56,832 nt of DNA from a virus. Below are positions 1-8,115 of the stretch, piece by piece. The stretch spans positions 1-56,832 of the IMG/VR virus record IMGVR_UViG_3300009073_000005; one strand, written 5' to 3'. The notes beneath the pieces were generated by a model. The model saw only the letters and a program-made list of their open reading frames with translations. It was not told the DNA's origin and searched no databases. Both the position numbers and the translations under genes were made by a program. The stretch's first letter is position 1. Every line of letters begins with the position of its first letter.

Positions 1-123
1 AGGCTTCCAATTTCCACCGGTACCACATGCCCGTTAACCTTTAAAAATCTTTCCATATACATTAGTTACCATTATTGTTTGATCTAGTCGATAAAGGATT
101 ACCGAAAACTAGGCTAGACCTTC
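1..123. repeat. Terminal direct repeat, copy 1 (identical to 56710..56832); assembly overlap of a circular or circularly permuted genome, or a short DTR
   Basis: Read directly: bases 1-123 recur base-for-base at 56710-56832, giving a unit length of 56709 bp. Confidence 0.9.
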
Positions 124-3100
124 TTTCCGACTCCGCCTGTATCTGGGCTCTCATTTCAGAAGGGTTGTTAGCAACAACCGTTATCTGGTCTATATTAAAC
201 CCGCCGTTTAGCTGGTTGGCCCCTGAAACGTTGAAAGATGAACTGCCAGATATGTTGTCGTTAGGTATGTTAAACGCGAAAGCACTCGCGGCCCTCTCAA
301 GCGCTCCGGCTGCATCAATAAGCAACAGGCCGCTGCGGTCAAGGTTGGTCTCTGCATCTACGTTATCGAACGCTGGATCTTCAAAATCTATTGCGGATAT
401 TCTGGCCTGAGCGACCTTAAAGCCCTGCGGTATGTTTGATAGGGTCTCGCTGATTTTCTTTGTGCTGTCAGCTATCGCCTCTTCGTCTTTAAGCTGCTCC
501 TTTAGCGCGTCTATTTGCTCTTGCTCCAGCTGCAAGCTCTCAAGGAACGCTTGTTTTTCTTCCTCTGTCGCGCCTTCAAGTTGCTCCGAAAACCTCCTAA
601 CGAGACTCCCTATTTGCTCATCGTCGAATGCGTCGAAAGATCTAAGCACATCCGAAAGCTGGGCCTTTATGTCTCCGTCGATTCCGTCAAGGGACGATGA
701 TATGCCTGTAAGCTCCGAGAACAATTCCGAGAAGTCTATGTCTCCTATGCTCCCGTCACCAAATATTTCTGTTATCTTTGACCCGGCTATCCCAAGTGAC
801 TCAAGAAAACCCGAAAAGAAACCGCCCTCACTTCCAGATCCGAATATGCCGTTACCACCACCGCTCGCGAACGCCCCAATTATCTCTTTTGCCACGGTGT
901 CGAAAGTCTTTTTGGCGGAGTCATCCACCCCGACCGAGGCTGCAAGGTTTGCCCTAGACCTTCTGGCCTGTGCTCGCTCTGCCGCCTCGCGCCTTTCCTC
1001 TCTTAACCGGTCCGATCGAGCCTGCCTTTCGTCGGATATAGCCTCCTTAAGTTCTTCTAGGGATTTTCCTGTAGGATCGACACCGAGCTGTCTAGCTTTC
1101 GCAAGTGACGCCCCGAACTTTTTAAATTCTTCTTCAAGCTTCTTTCTTTCTGCGCTGTCGAATCCGTCCGATCCATCAACATCTGAAAGATCGGCCCCGG
1201 TACCAGAAAGGGTGTCTTCTATCCCCTGGGCCCTGTTTTGCTGACTCCTTCTCTTTCTTGCGTCAGCCTCGGCCTTTGCTTTGGCTTTCGCTCGGTCGGC
1301 TGCTGAGGTTGAATCATCTGACCCGCCACCTAGGGCTTTCTTGAAGAACCCACCTATTGATTTTGCGCCGTCCGAGATGGCCTTGCCGATCTTCTTAACC
1401 GGCTTTGATATGAAGTCCCCAACGCCCTTGAGTTTGTTTGCGAGCCCAGCCAGAAGGTCGGCTACAAACTTTACTGGTTTAGCCAACAGGTTAAGGGCCG
1501 CTCCGACTATCTCTGCTGCTACTTTAAGCTTAAGCATGACCGGGTTAAATTGGATAAAAAGCTCAAGGAGCGGCATGAGGGCGGTAACTATTTCGCTAAC
1601 AACCTCAAGCATGGGCTCGAGCGCCTTAACTATTGGATCAAGAACGGCATTGAAAGGCTCGAGTACGGTAGATATTAAATCGCCTACTACGTCACCTATC
1701 AGCTGCAAGGCTGGACCAAGAACCGTATTTATTATGTCTGTAACCGGCTTAATCACCGCAGTGAGCACATCAAAAACGCCAGCCAGCGAACTAAGTACAG
1801 GCGAAAGTATGGAGGTAACAATGCTCACTACGCCCCCAATCGCAACCCCGAGAGTCTCGATAATAGGTGCCAGGAAGCTGGATATAGATCCAACAAGATC
1901 TGTTATGGGCGATATGAGCTCAATTATCGGCGATATGATATCAGATATGGCCCCGCCAAGGGCCTCCATGACCGGACCCAGGGCCTCAACGATACCGGCA
2001 AGCCCCTCGATTATTGGGGCTATCACGTCACCCACAACCGCCAAAGAGGAGGTCAAAGTGTCCGATATGGCAACCTTCAATATGTTCATCGCATCTATAA
2101 CTGGCTGCATCGCAGACACGGTATCGATTATGATATCAGCAAGAACCTTGAGGGCACTTGTAGCGAGGAACGTGGTCACACCGGTTAGTGCTTGCTGGCT
2201 GTCTATCAGCCCTGTGGTAGAGTCTGTGGCCTTATCTATCTCGTTTGATACCTTGTCGAGCCCAAGGGCGCTGGCTGCGCTTGATATCTTTTTCGACCTG
2301 TCGCTGTTATCGCGAACGGTTTGTCTCTCTATCGCGGCCTGGATTTTTAGTTCTTTTCCTGCCTCTATGTCTTTTACGAATTCGTTGTATTGTGACTGGT
2401 CTATCACGCCATCGACAAGGAGCTCTCGGCCCTCGTCGGTTATTTCGTTTACGTCGTCCTGTATAGACCTTACGTCGCTCTGAAACTCGGTAAGATTTAC
2501 TTCTGGCCTTATGCTGCTTATTTTCTGGGCGAAGTCAGAAACCTGCTTGTTCGCCTCCGCTGCGGCCTTTGCCTGGTCCTCCCTTAGCTTTTTTATTCTC
2601 TTCTGCTCGTTCTCGTTAACTATTGATATCTTATCTTTAGCTATACCTTCGAGGTCAGACTTTAGAGCCGCAACCTCATCGTCCGTCTTACCGAATTCTT
2701 TACCTAGTTCTTCGGCCCGAATAAGAGAAGCTTCTAGCCCCTGCGTTATTTCTTCTATCTCTAGGTTTGCGCCTTTTAGGTCTGAAAGCTGAAAATTGTT
2801 AAACGCCTCATTTGAGAATTCCTCGAACAAGTCTTTAACTTCGTCTATCTCTTTGCCTATTATGCCAGGACCAGAGCCACCCTGGCCGCCTCCCCCCGCA
2901 CCCGACGCACCCGAGAATGCACCCTCGGACGATATACTGCTAGGAACACCTGGACCGACATCATTAGTTACGACCGAAAACTCTTTAGCCTTCTCGGTTG
3001 CGGCGTCATAGGCCCTTTGCGTATTGTAAAGTTCAGCGGCAAGTCGATCAAAGCTGTCCGTGCTAAATTTGCCCTGCCTAAGTGAGCTGTCCAGGTCCTG

Positions 3101-4480
3101 TATGACAGCAGAAAGAAACCGCACACCGACAACGACAGAATTTATCGCATCAACACCGAATTCTAATATCTTAAAAAATACCCTCATCGACCTGACGCCA
3201 GCGTCAGCACCCTCGCCAGTCGCACCAAATTGGTTTGCCAAAAGACTAAGTGTCCCGGCTATTTTTATCATTAGCGGGTTAGTTATTTTCCCTTCGGCGT
3301 TAAAGTTATTAAAGTTTTTAACGACCTCGGAGATCCCGACCACAACCGGCCTCAGCGCATTATTGAGTGCCGTACCTATTGTTATAACCAATGTGCCGAG
3401 GTTCGAATTTAGTATCTCCACCGCACCGTCAAAAGTTTTAAGCTTTTGTTCGTTTAACGTCTTCGCCAGGTCTTCTTTTTGTGCTCTCTTTATTGAGTCC
3501 GATAATTTGTCGATACCGGAGGCACCCTGGGAAACAAGGGCCAAAAGTTTAGGACCGGCGCGATCCCCAAACGCTTCGAATATTTTACCAGAGAATTCGT
3601 TTGCTCCAAGCTTCTCCCTGGCCTCCTCGAGCTTACCGATGAAACCAGAAAAACCCTCACTCTGTAAAGTCTCAATGTCTACACCGAGAATATTCATCGA
3701 CCTTCTCGCGTCACCAGTTGCGCCGACAAGCTGAGTCATTACCTTTCTGAGGCCCGTACCGGAGTCACTTCCCCGGATACCGGCATTAGCCAAGAGGCCG
3801 ATAGCGGTAGACGTCTCCGTCATAGATATTCCAAGACTCTCCGCAACCGGACCCGCGACTTTTATAGACTCCGCGAGCTGCAACAGGTTAGTGTTTGAGC
3901 TGGTTGTTGTGCCAAGAAGAATATTGTTTGCATCGGATAATTCATCGACGTTAAGCTTAAACGATGCCATTGCGTTGGTCACAACGTCGGCTGAGGACGC
4001 AAGGTCTAGCCCGGCACCGGAGGCGAGCTGTGCTACTGGCAGAAGCGCCCCGACGCTCTCGGACGCACTCAGGCCCGCCTGAGCCAAGAAATCAAGAGAT
4101 CCTGCCATCTCTTTTGCTGTAAATACGGTCTCCCCAGCAGCCTTAAGTGCCGCGTCAGATATCTGGGTATAAACCTCATCTATCTTTTGCCCCTCTTTCA
4201 CCATTTTACCGGCTGCCTGGGTTATGCCTAATTCAAATTCTGCGGAGGCGCTTGATAGTTTCTTTATGGCGTTAGTGGCAACGCGGAGCCCCTGAAAAGC
4301 AACGAAAGCTTTTGCGGCGTTTTGAATGTTTGCCACAGAGCCCGTAAAGCCCTTTATGCTTTTTCTTGCGTTTGCCGTGGCACCTTTTACCTTAGTAAAT
4401 CCCGCCTGTAGTTTTCTCACGCCAGACTGGAAGCTGGCCGTGTTCATACCTGCTTTGAATTCTATGTCGTTATTAGGCAT
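62..4480 (-). CDS. Tail tape measure protein (1472 aa)
   Basis: Largest ORF of the tail module, directly downstream of the G/GT chaperone pair. Long hydrophobic helical repeats (PIIEGLAGIVEALGPVMEALGG, PVTDIINTVLGPALQLIGD) are flanked by K/E/R-rich coiled-coil segments. Confidence 0.9.
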   Translation of the reverse strand: MPNNDIEFKAGMNTASFQSGVRKLQAGFTKVKGATANARKSIKGFTGSVANIQNAAKAFVAFQGLRVATNAIKKLSSASAEFELGITQAAGKMVKEGQKIDEVYTQISDAALKAAGETVFTAKEMAGSLDFLAQAGLSASESVGALLPVAQLASGAGLDLASSADVVTNAMASFKLNVDELSDANNILLGTTTSSNTNLLQLAESIKVAGPVAESLGISMTETSTAIGLLANAGIRGSDSGTGLRKVMTQLVGATGDARRSMNILGVDIETLQSEGFSGFIGKLEEAREKLGANEFSGKIFEAFGDRAGPKLLALVSQGASGIDKLSDSIKRAQKEDLAKTLNEQKLKTFDGAVEILNSNLGTLVITIGTALNNALRPVVVGISEVVKNFNNFNAEGKITNPLMIKIAGTLSLLANQFGATGEGADAGVRSMRVFFKILEFGVDAINSVVVGVRFLSAVIQDLDSSLRQGKFSTDSFDRLAAELYNTQRAYDAATEKAKEFSVVTNDVGPGVPSSISSEGAFSGASGAGGGGQGGSGPGIIGKEIDEVKDLFEEFSNEAFNNFQLSDLKGANLEIEEITQGLEASLIRAEELGKEFGKTDDEVAALKSDLEGIAKDKISIVNENEQKRIKKLREDQAKAAAEANKQVSDFAQKISSIRPEVNLTEFQSDVRSIQDDVNEITDEGRELLVDGVIDQSQYNEFVKDIEAGKELKIQAAIERQTVRDNSDRSKKISSAASALGLDKVSNEIDKATDSTTGLIDSQQALTGVTTFLATSALKVLADIIIDTVSAMQPVIDAMNILKVAISDTLTSSLAVVGDVIAPIIEGLAGIVEALGPVMEALGGAISDIISPIIELISPITDLVGSISSFLAPIIETLGVAIGGVVSIVTSILSPVLSSLAGVFDVLTAVIKPVTDIINTVLGPALQLIGDVVGDLISTVLEPFNAVLDPIVKALEPMLEVVSEIVTALMPLLELFIQFNPVMLKLKVAAEIVGAALNLLAKPVKFVADLLAGLANKLKGVGDFISKPVKKIGKAISDGAKSIGGFFKKALGGGSDDSTSAADRAKAKAKAEADARKRRSQQNRAQGIEDTLSGTGADLSDVDGSDGFDSAERKKLEEEFKKFGASLAKARQLGVDPTGKSLEELKEAISDERQARSDRLREERREAAERAQARRSRANLAASVGVDDSAKKTFDTVAKEIIGAFASGGGNGIFGSGSEGGFFSGFLESLGIAGSKITEIFGDGSIGDIDFSELFSELTGISSSLDGIDGDIKAQLSDVLRSFDAFDDEQIGSLVRRFSEQLEGATEEEKQAFLESLQLEQEQIDALKEQLKDEEAIADSTKKISETLSNIPQGFKVAQARISAIDFEDPAFDNVDAETNLDRSGLLLIDAAGALERAASAFAFNIPNDNISGSSSFNVSGANQLNGGFNIDQITVVANNPSEMRAQIQAESERRSSLVFGNPLSTRSNNNGN

Positions 4481-4492
4481 TCACCGGCTCCT

Positions 4493-4753
4493 TTAAAGAA
4501 AAAGATTCTCGGGTGCCGATCGCTCCTTTGCCTCTAACCGCATCGCATCGAATCTGGACATACCCTTGAATTTCGATGGTACCATCTCGACCTCTTTTTT
4601 GAGTTCCTTTATGCCTAGTAGCTTGTTTGCGGTTATGGTTTCTTCGGTCCAGCAGTTCATTATCCAGGAGGCGTGTTGTGCTATTTTTTTGTATGACTCG
4701 GCCTCGTAATCTGCCCGAGCAGAGCAGAATTCGGTCATTTCTCTTATGGTCAT
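4493..4753 (-). CDS. Tail assembly chaperone, T segment (expressed as a GT fusion by -1 frameshift; the open frame continues upstream to the slip site)
   Basis: The frame stays open upstream of 4753 past 4891 and overlaps the 3' end of 4846..5379 in the -1 frame. It lies between the tube protein and the tape measure. Confidence 0.75.
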   Translation of the reverse strand: MTIREMTEFCSARADYEAESYKKIAQHASWIMNCWTEETITANKLLGIKELKKEVEMVPSKFKGMSRFDAMRLEAKERSAPENLFL

Positions 4754-4845
4754 CCCGCTATAAAGATCGCCGTTACCGATGACCTGTTGAGGCGTGAGCC
4801 CCTGCCGGTAACATCGCCTAACCCAATATGTTGCGTTTTCGCAAG

Positions 4846-5379
4846 TTACTTCGTATCGGTCGATTTCTTTTTGGGTTGGCGGGTCTTTTTTACGGCTGTT
4901 TCTTTTTCCAGCTCCTCGACCTCTTCTTCTTCGTCGTCAGAGAATGCCTCTTCAATCGCAGGTATCACGTCGTTCTCGTAAACAACTACCATTTTTCCGA
5001 GCTGCTTAGCGTAAAGCCCCCCGCCACCGATACTGGACATGTAGGCCTGGGCTGTTTTTAAGCACAAAACATCGTAGTTCATATCTACGTCGGAATGTAT
5101 AAGTTCCAGGATCTCGTCGTGAGTTATGGGGTCTTTTCGCCGCTGACTTGCGCTACCGGAAAAGATAAGTGCCGCAACAAAATCTGCGTCCATATCGAAC
5201 ACACCGGCGGTAGACATATCATTCATTGACTCTATAATCATGATTCGAAACTTGGGTCTCTCTTGATATTTAAGTCTCCACAACTTTTTTAATTCTCTTA
5301 TTTCAGAAACAGAAAATCTAAGCGTAAATTCCTTACCACCAACAGATACCTTAAACGCGTCTCTAGCTTTCATGACCAT
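4846..5379 (-). CDS. Tail assembly chaperone G
   Basis: AGGAG lies 7 nt upstream of the ATG at 5379 (MVMKARDAF). Acidic C-terminal region, slippery heptamer near the 3' end, conserved position upstream of the tape measure. Confidence 0.75.
   Translation of the reverse strand: MVMKARDAFKVSVGGKEFTLRFSVSEIRELKKLWRLKYQERPKFRIMIIESMNDMSTAGVFDMDADFVAALIFSGSASQRRKDPITHDEILELIHSDVDMNYDVLCLKTAQAYMSSIGGGGLYAKQLGKMVVVYENDVIPAIEEAFSDDEEEEVEELEKETAVKKTRQPKKKSTDTK
4885..4891 (-). promoter_or_regulatory. -1 programmed ribosomal frameshift slippery heptamer A_AAA_AAG
   Basis: The zero frame reads GTA AAA AAG. A -1 slip reads KKDPPTQKEIDRYEVTCEN, which continues without a stop into ORF 4493..4753. Confidence 0.75.
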
Positions 5380-5456
5380 AAAAATTCTCCTATAGCCATT
5401 TATTAGCACAAAAAAAAGCGAGCACCAAGGCCCGCTCTTGTTTATTTTATCACACT

Positions 5457-5849
5457 TTACGCTTGAATGTCACGAACCAATCCAGATAGCTGGATATCAT
5501 AAGTGACCTCTACGCCCTCGCCAAAGCTTTTGTTTTCGTCGTTTGTAGACATAAAAGCTTTAGAGAAGAACTCAGGAAGGCCGGAGCCCGCAAGAAGCGC
5601 GAAGTTTATATAGAAATCAACCGGTGTAGGTGACGTTGCCGCCTCAAGCACCGCTTGACCTGGGTCAGCATAACATCGAAGCGCGGTAACGCTCAGTGTG
5701 GCAGTCGTCTTACCGATACAGAACTCACGGACAGCGCCGGAATCCATAGTCGTTATATCGATAGTCTCACCGCTTCGGCTTAATCCGAAGGTTTTAATTT
5801 TTCCAACCCGAGTTAGGGTTGCGGAGCCACTTGGGCTCGCGTTGAACAT
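5457..5849 (-). CDS. Major tail (tube) protein, TP901-1/GTA-type (130 aa)
   Basis: AGGAG lies 5 nt upstream of the ATG at 5849. Pattern GLSRSGETIDITTMDSGAVREFCIGKTTATLSVTA and C-terminal EVTYDIQLSG match my recollection of the Phage_tail_2 family. Sits immediately upstream of the chaperones. Confidence 0.6.
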   Translation of the reverse strand: MFNASPSGSATLTRVGKIKTFGLSRSGETIDITTMDSGAVREFCIGKTTATLSVTALRCYADPGQAVLEAATSPTPVDFYINFALLAGSGLPEFFSKAFMSTNDENKSFGEGVEVTYDIQLSGLVRDIQA

Positions 5850-5885
5850 TGATTCTCCTGGTACGCAGCACATATCAAGACTCCT

Positions 5886-6584
5886 TTAGCTTTTCGCTAT
5901 AATTGTGTTATCTAGTTTATCAACAGCGATAAAGCGAAGCCCGACAGTCGTAGTGTTAAGCTTGATTGATCCGCCCCATGCGCCAGTGTCAAAGTTTGCG
6001 TAATAGCCCATAAGCACAGGCTGCGAGGCATCCGTACCTGTTAGTGTTTCGGTTCGGATACGGTTAGAATCCGAAGAGGCACCGCCGCCCGTAACGTCGC
6101 ATGTGTAGGTTGTCCCCGCACTTCCGACCAAAAAGAACAGTGCAATGTTGCCCGCATTAGGGATCACATATTCTTGGCCAGAAACCATGTCATTTGCTTG
6201 GCTTATCGCGTCAGTTGAAAAAAGAGGTTTAGCCTCTGGGTTTGAAGACTTAAAGCCGCCCTCGTCCTTGATAACCGCAAGTCTTGCATCGCCCGAGTTG
6301 AGTGCGACTTTTTGCTCGTCAAGTGTATTGAAGTTACGCGGCTTTGTGCCGAACATGTAAGCTGCTCTTGAGTTAATAGCCGTGACGGATATAGTATCCG
6401 GACCGCCACCGTCCATCGCGTCTACACCCTCAAAGTCTACCGTTCCGTTTGTACCGTCAGCGTACACAACATATAAGTTGTTACCCGCATTGTCTACCGT
6501 ATCTGCCGCCGAAGGCGTTACAAAATCAAGAACCGGTATGGCCCCAAATTGTTGTCGGCATGATTGTCTATCTAGTTTAGCCAT
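5886..6584 (-). CDS. Virion structural protein, function unknown (232 aa)
   Basis: AAGGAG RBS upstream of 6584. Lies in the tail module between the terminator-like and tube genes. G/T/S/N-rich beta-type composition. Confidence 0.5.
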   Translation of the reverse strand: MAKLDRQSCRQQFGAIPVLDFVTPSAADTVDNAGNNLYVVYADGTNGTVDFEGVDAMDGGGPDTISVTAINSRAAYMFGTKPRNFNTLDEQKVALNSGDARLAVIKDEGGFKSSNPEAKPLFSTDAISQANDMVSGQEYVIPNAGNIALFFLVGSAGTTYTCDVTGGGASSDSNRIRTETLTGTDASQPVLMGYYANFDTGAWGGSIKLNTTTVGLRFIAVDKLDNTIIAKS

Positions 6585-6653
6585 TTAAATTACTCCTTGT
6601 CTTGGACCATTTTAGCCCATGTTCTTGTTTTTTCGTTTGATTAAATAACAGCA

Positions 6654-7355
6654 TCAAATACTCACCGTAACGGTGCCGTTATATGAATTATCGCTAGTGA
6701 AATAGTTATAAGTTACGCCGCCTATATCTACTACGGACCCAGCCGTAAAAGCAGAAACAGCACCGTTTGCGTATATGTCCTGCCCAGGCTCTGAGTAGGT
6801 ATCCGGGACAAGCAAGAAAACGGGCTCGTCGCCTGCGACTACGGAAAGGGAGGCCGATCCGCCGTTAAAGTCTACCGACTCGTAAGAAGAAATAATAGAG
6901 ACATTGTAGGAGCCAGCTCCGGCGTAAACAGGTAAAATGTCTCTACATATCTCAAAAGAGTAATTAAGCGAAAACATGTACCTATCATCTTCATCCTTTC
7001 CTATGTTTATCATGCTATTTATTGCACTGAAATTTCCAGCACCTTCGGGTGTGCTTATCTGAAGGTCGCGGTGTATCTTGTCGGCGAGCCTTTGTCCACC
7101 GTCGTAGTCGTCCTTTGCGGACGTAATGAGAACCTGAACCGAGGGTCTCTGTATGGATTCTCGGCCAGATATGAATGTTATATCGGGAAGCCCCCCCGTG
7201 GAGGTGAAATTCACATAAAAACCCCGGCTATCGGAGTTATTATGGACCTCTCTGGGTATTGCGAACTTTGGGCAAGAGAAACAATTAACTCCAGGCACGA
7301 GCTCCGGCATTCTACCAGAAACGTGGTCCATAACTATCTCTTCTGGCATTCTCAT
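6654..7355 (-). CDS. Putative tail terminator (DUF3168-like N-terminus) with an extra C-terminal beta domain
   Basis: RPSVQVLITSAKDDYDGGQRLADKIHRDL resembles the tail-terminator family pattern. Gene order fits, and it abuts the preceding gene. Confidence 0.4.
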   Translation of the reverse strand: MRMPEEIVMDHVSGRMPELVPGVNCFSCPKFAIPREVHNNSDSRGFYVNFTSTGGLPDITFISGRESIQRPSVQVLITSAKDDYDGGQRLADKIHRDLQISTPEGAGNFSAINSMINIGKDEDDRYMFSLNYSFEICRDILPVYAGAGSYNVSIISSYESVDFNGGSASLSVVAGDEPVFLLVPDTYSEPGQDIYANGAVSAFTAGSVVDIGGVTYNYFTSDNSYNGTVTVSI

Positions 7356-7780
7356 TACGACACCAGCCTTTTTATTTCTCTGGCTATCTTTCTCGACAAA
7401 GATGTTCTTGCGCTATCGGCCCACTCCCTAAAGGGTGTCTCAAGGTATTTCGAGCCCGTGCCCTCTGTTGTGTAGTTTGCGTACTGAACCTCGTGAAGTT
7501 TTCGAGCGTATTCCGCGTAATATCCGATAGTTATAGAGACCGAGAACGGGGTTATGCTTACCGGCGAAACCTTGCCGGACTCTCTTAGCTCACCGGGGGT
7601 TCCACCTTTACCTACGCCGTCACCGAATGGGGTTAGGCGCTGGGATTTTGCATAAACCTTGTCGTTTATTTCGTCCTCAAGAGCCCGCGCAATTATCTTG
7701 TTAGCGTTGAGCCTTAGCTTTGCGAACTTTTTCTGTGTCCTGTCTACGGACTTTTTTGTAAGGGTTATCTCAAAGCTCAT
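7355..7780 (-). CDS. HK97 gp10-like tail completion/neck protein
   Basis: TPGELRESG ... GYYAEYARKLHE pattern typical of the HK97 gp10 family. 4-nt overlap with the upstream gene. Confidence 0.5.
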   Translation of the reverse strand: MSFEITLTKKSVDRTQKKFAKLRLNANKIIARALEDEINDKVYAKSQRLTPFGDGVGKGGTPGELRESGKVSPVSITPFSVSITIGYYAEYARKLHEVQYANYTTEGTGSKYLETPFREWADSARTSLSRKIAREIKRLVS

Positions 7781-8115
7781 GACAGGGTGGCCTCGTAATG
7801 GCTATCGCATCCGCATGGATCTATCCGGTGCATGGGTGACTGTATCTCTACGGAGTTCTCTTTCTTTGCGCTCGCCGCATCCGTGTAGTCACCTGGGGCC
7901 CATACCCTATCTCTAAGGTTGAGTGGTTCCACGCTGTATATGATAGTCCTGGTTACGCGGTGCTCTCCGTTTGTGTTGCGGATCATATCTTCCCTTTGTT
8001 CTATCCAGCAATTTATCTCTAACGGCTCTCCGTACGTAGCCACGCCACGGGCACCTGTGCTTTCATATCTTGCTAGAAGACATTTCTGTGTGAGGAGGCA
8101 GTCGATGGAGCTCAT
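7777..8115 (-). CDS. Head closure / head-tail joining protein
   Basis: 112 aa within the connector gene block, with the beta-rich pattern of the head-tail joining family. Supported mainly by synteny. Confidence 0.4.
   Translation of the reverse strand: MSSIDCLLTQKCLLARYESTGARGVATYGEPLEINCWIEQREDMIRNTNGEHRVTRTIIYSVEPLNLRDRVWAPGDYTDAASAKKENSVEIQSPMHRIDPCGCDSHYEATLS

Noticed and set aside
75-4082. Series of plus-strand ORFs (up to 400 aa) opposite the tape measure gene
   Set aside because: They are low-complexity S/P/A/L-rich shadow ORFs antisense to a long Ala/Glu/Lys-rich gene, with no RBSs. The minus-strand ORF is continuous and has clear tape-measure features.
5411-5440. Rho-independent terminator after the tube protein gene
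   Set aside because: On the minus strand a T8 run follows only a 4-5-bp stem (GAGC/GCTC), which is too weak to call with confidence.
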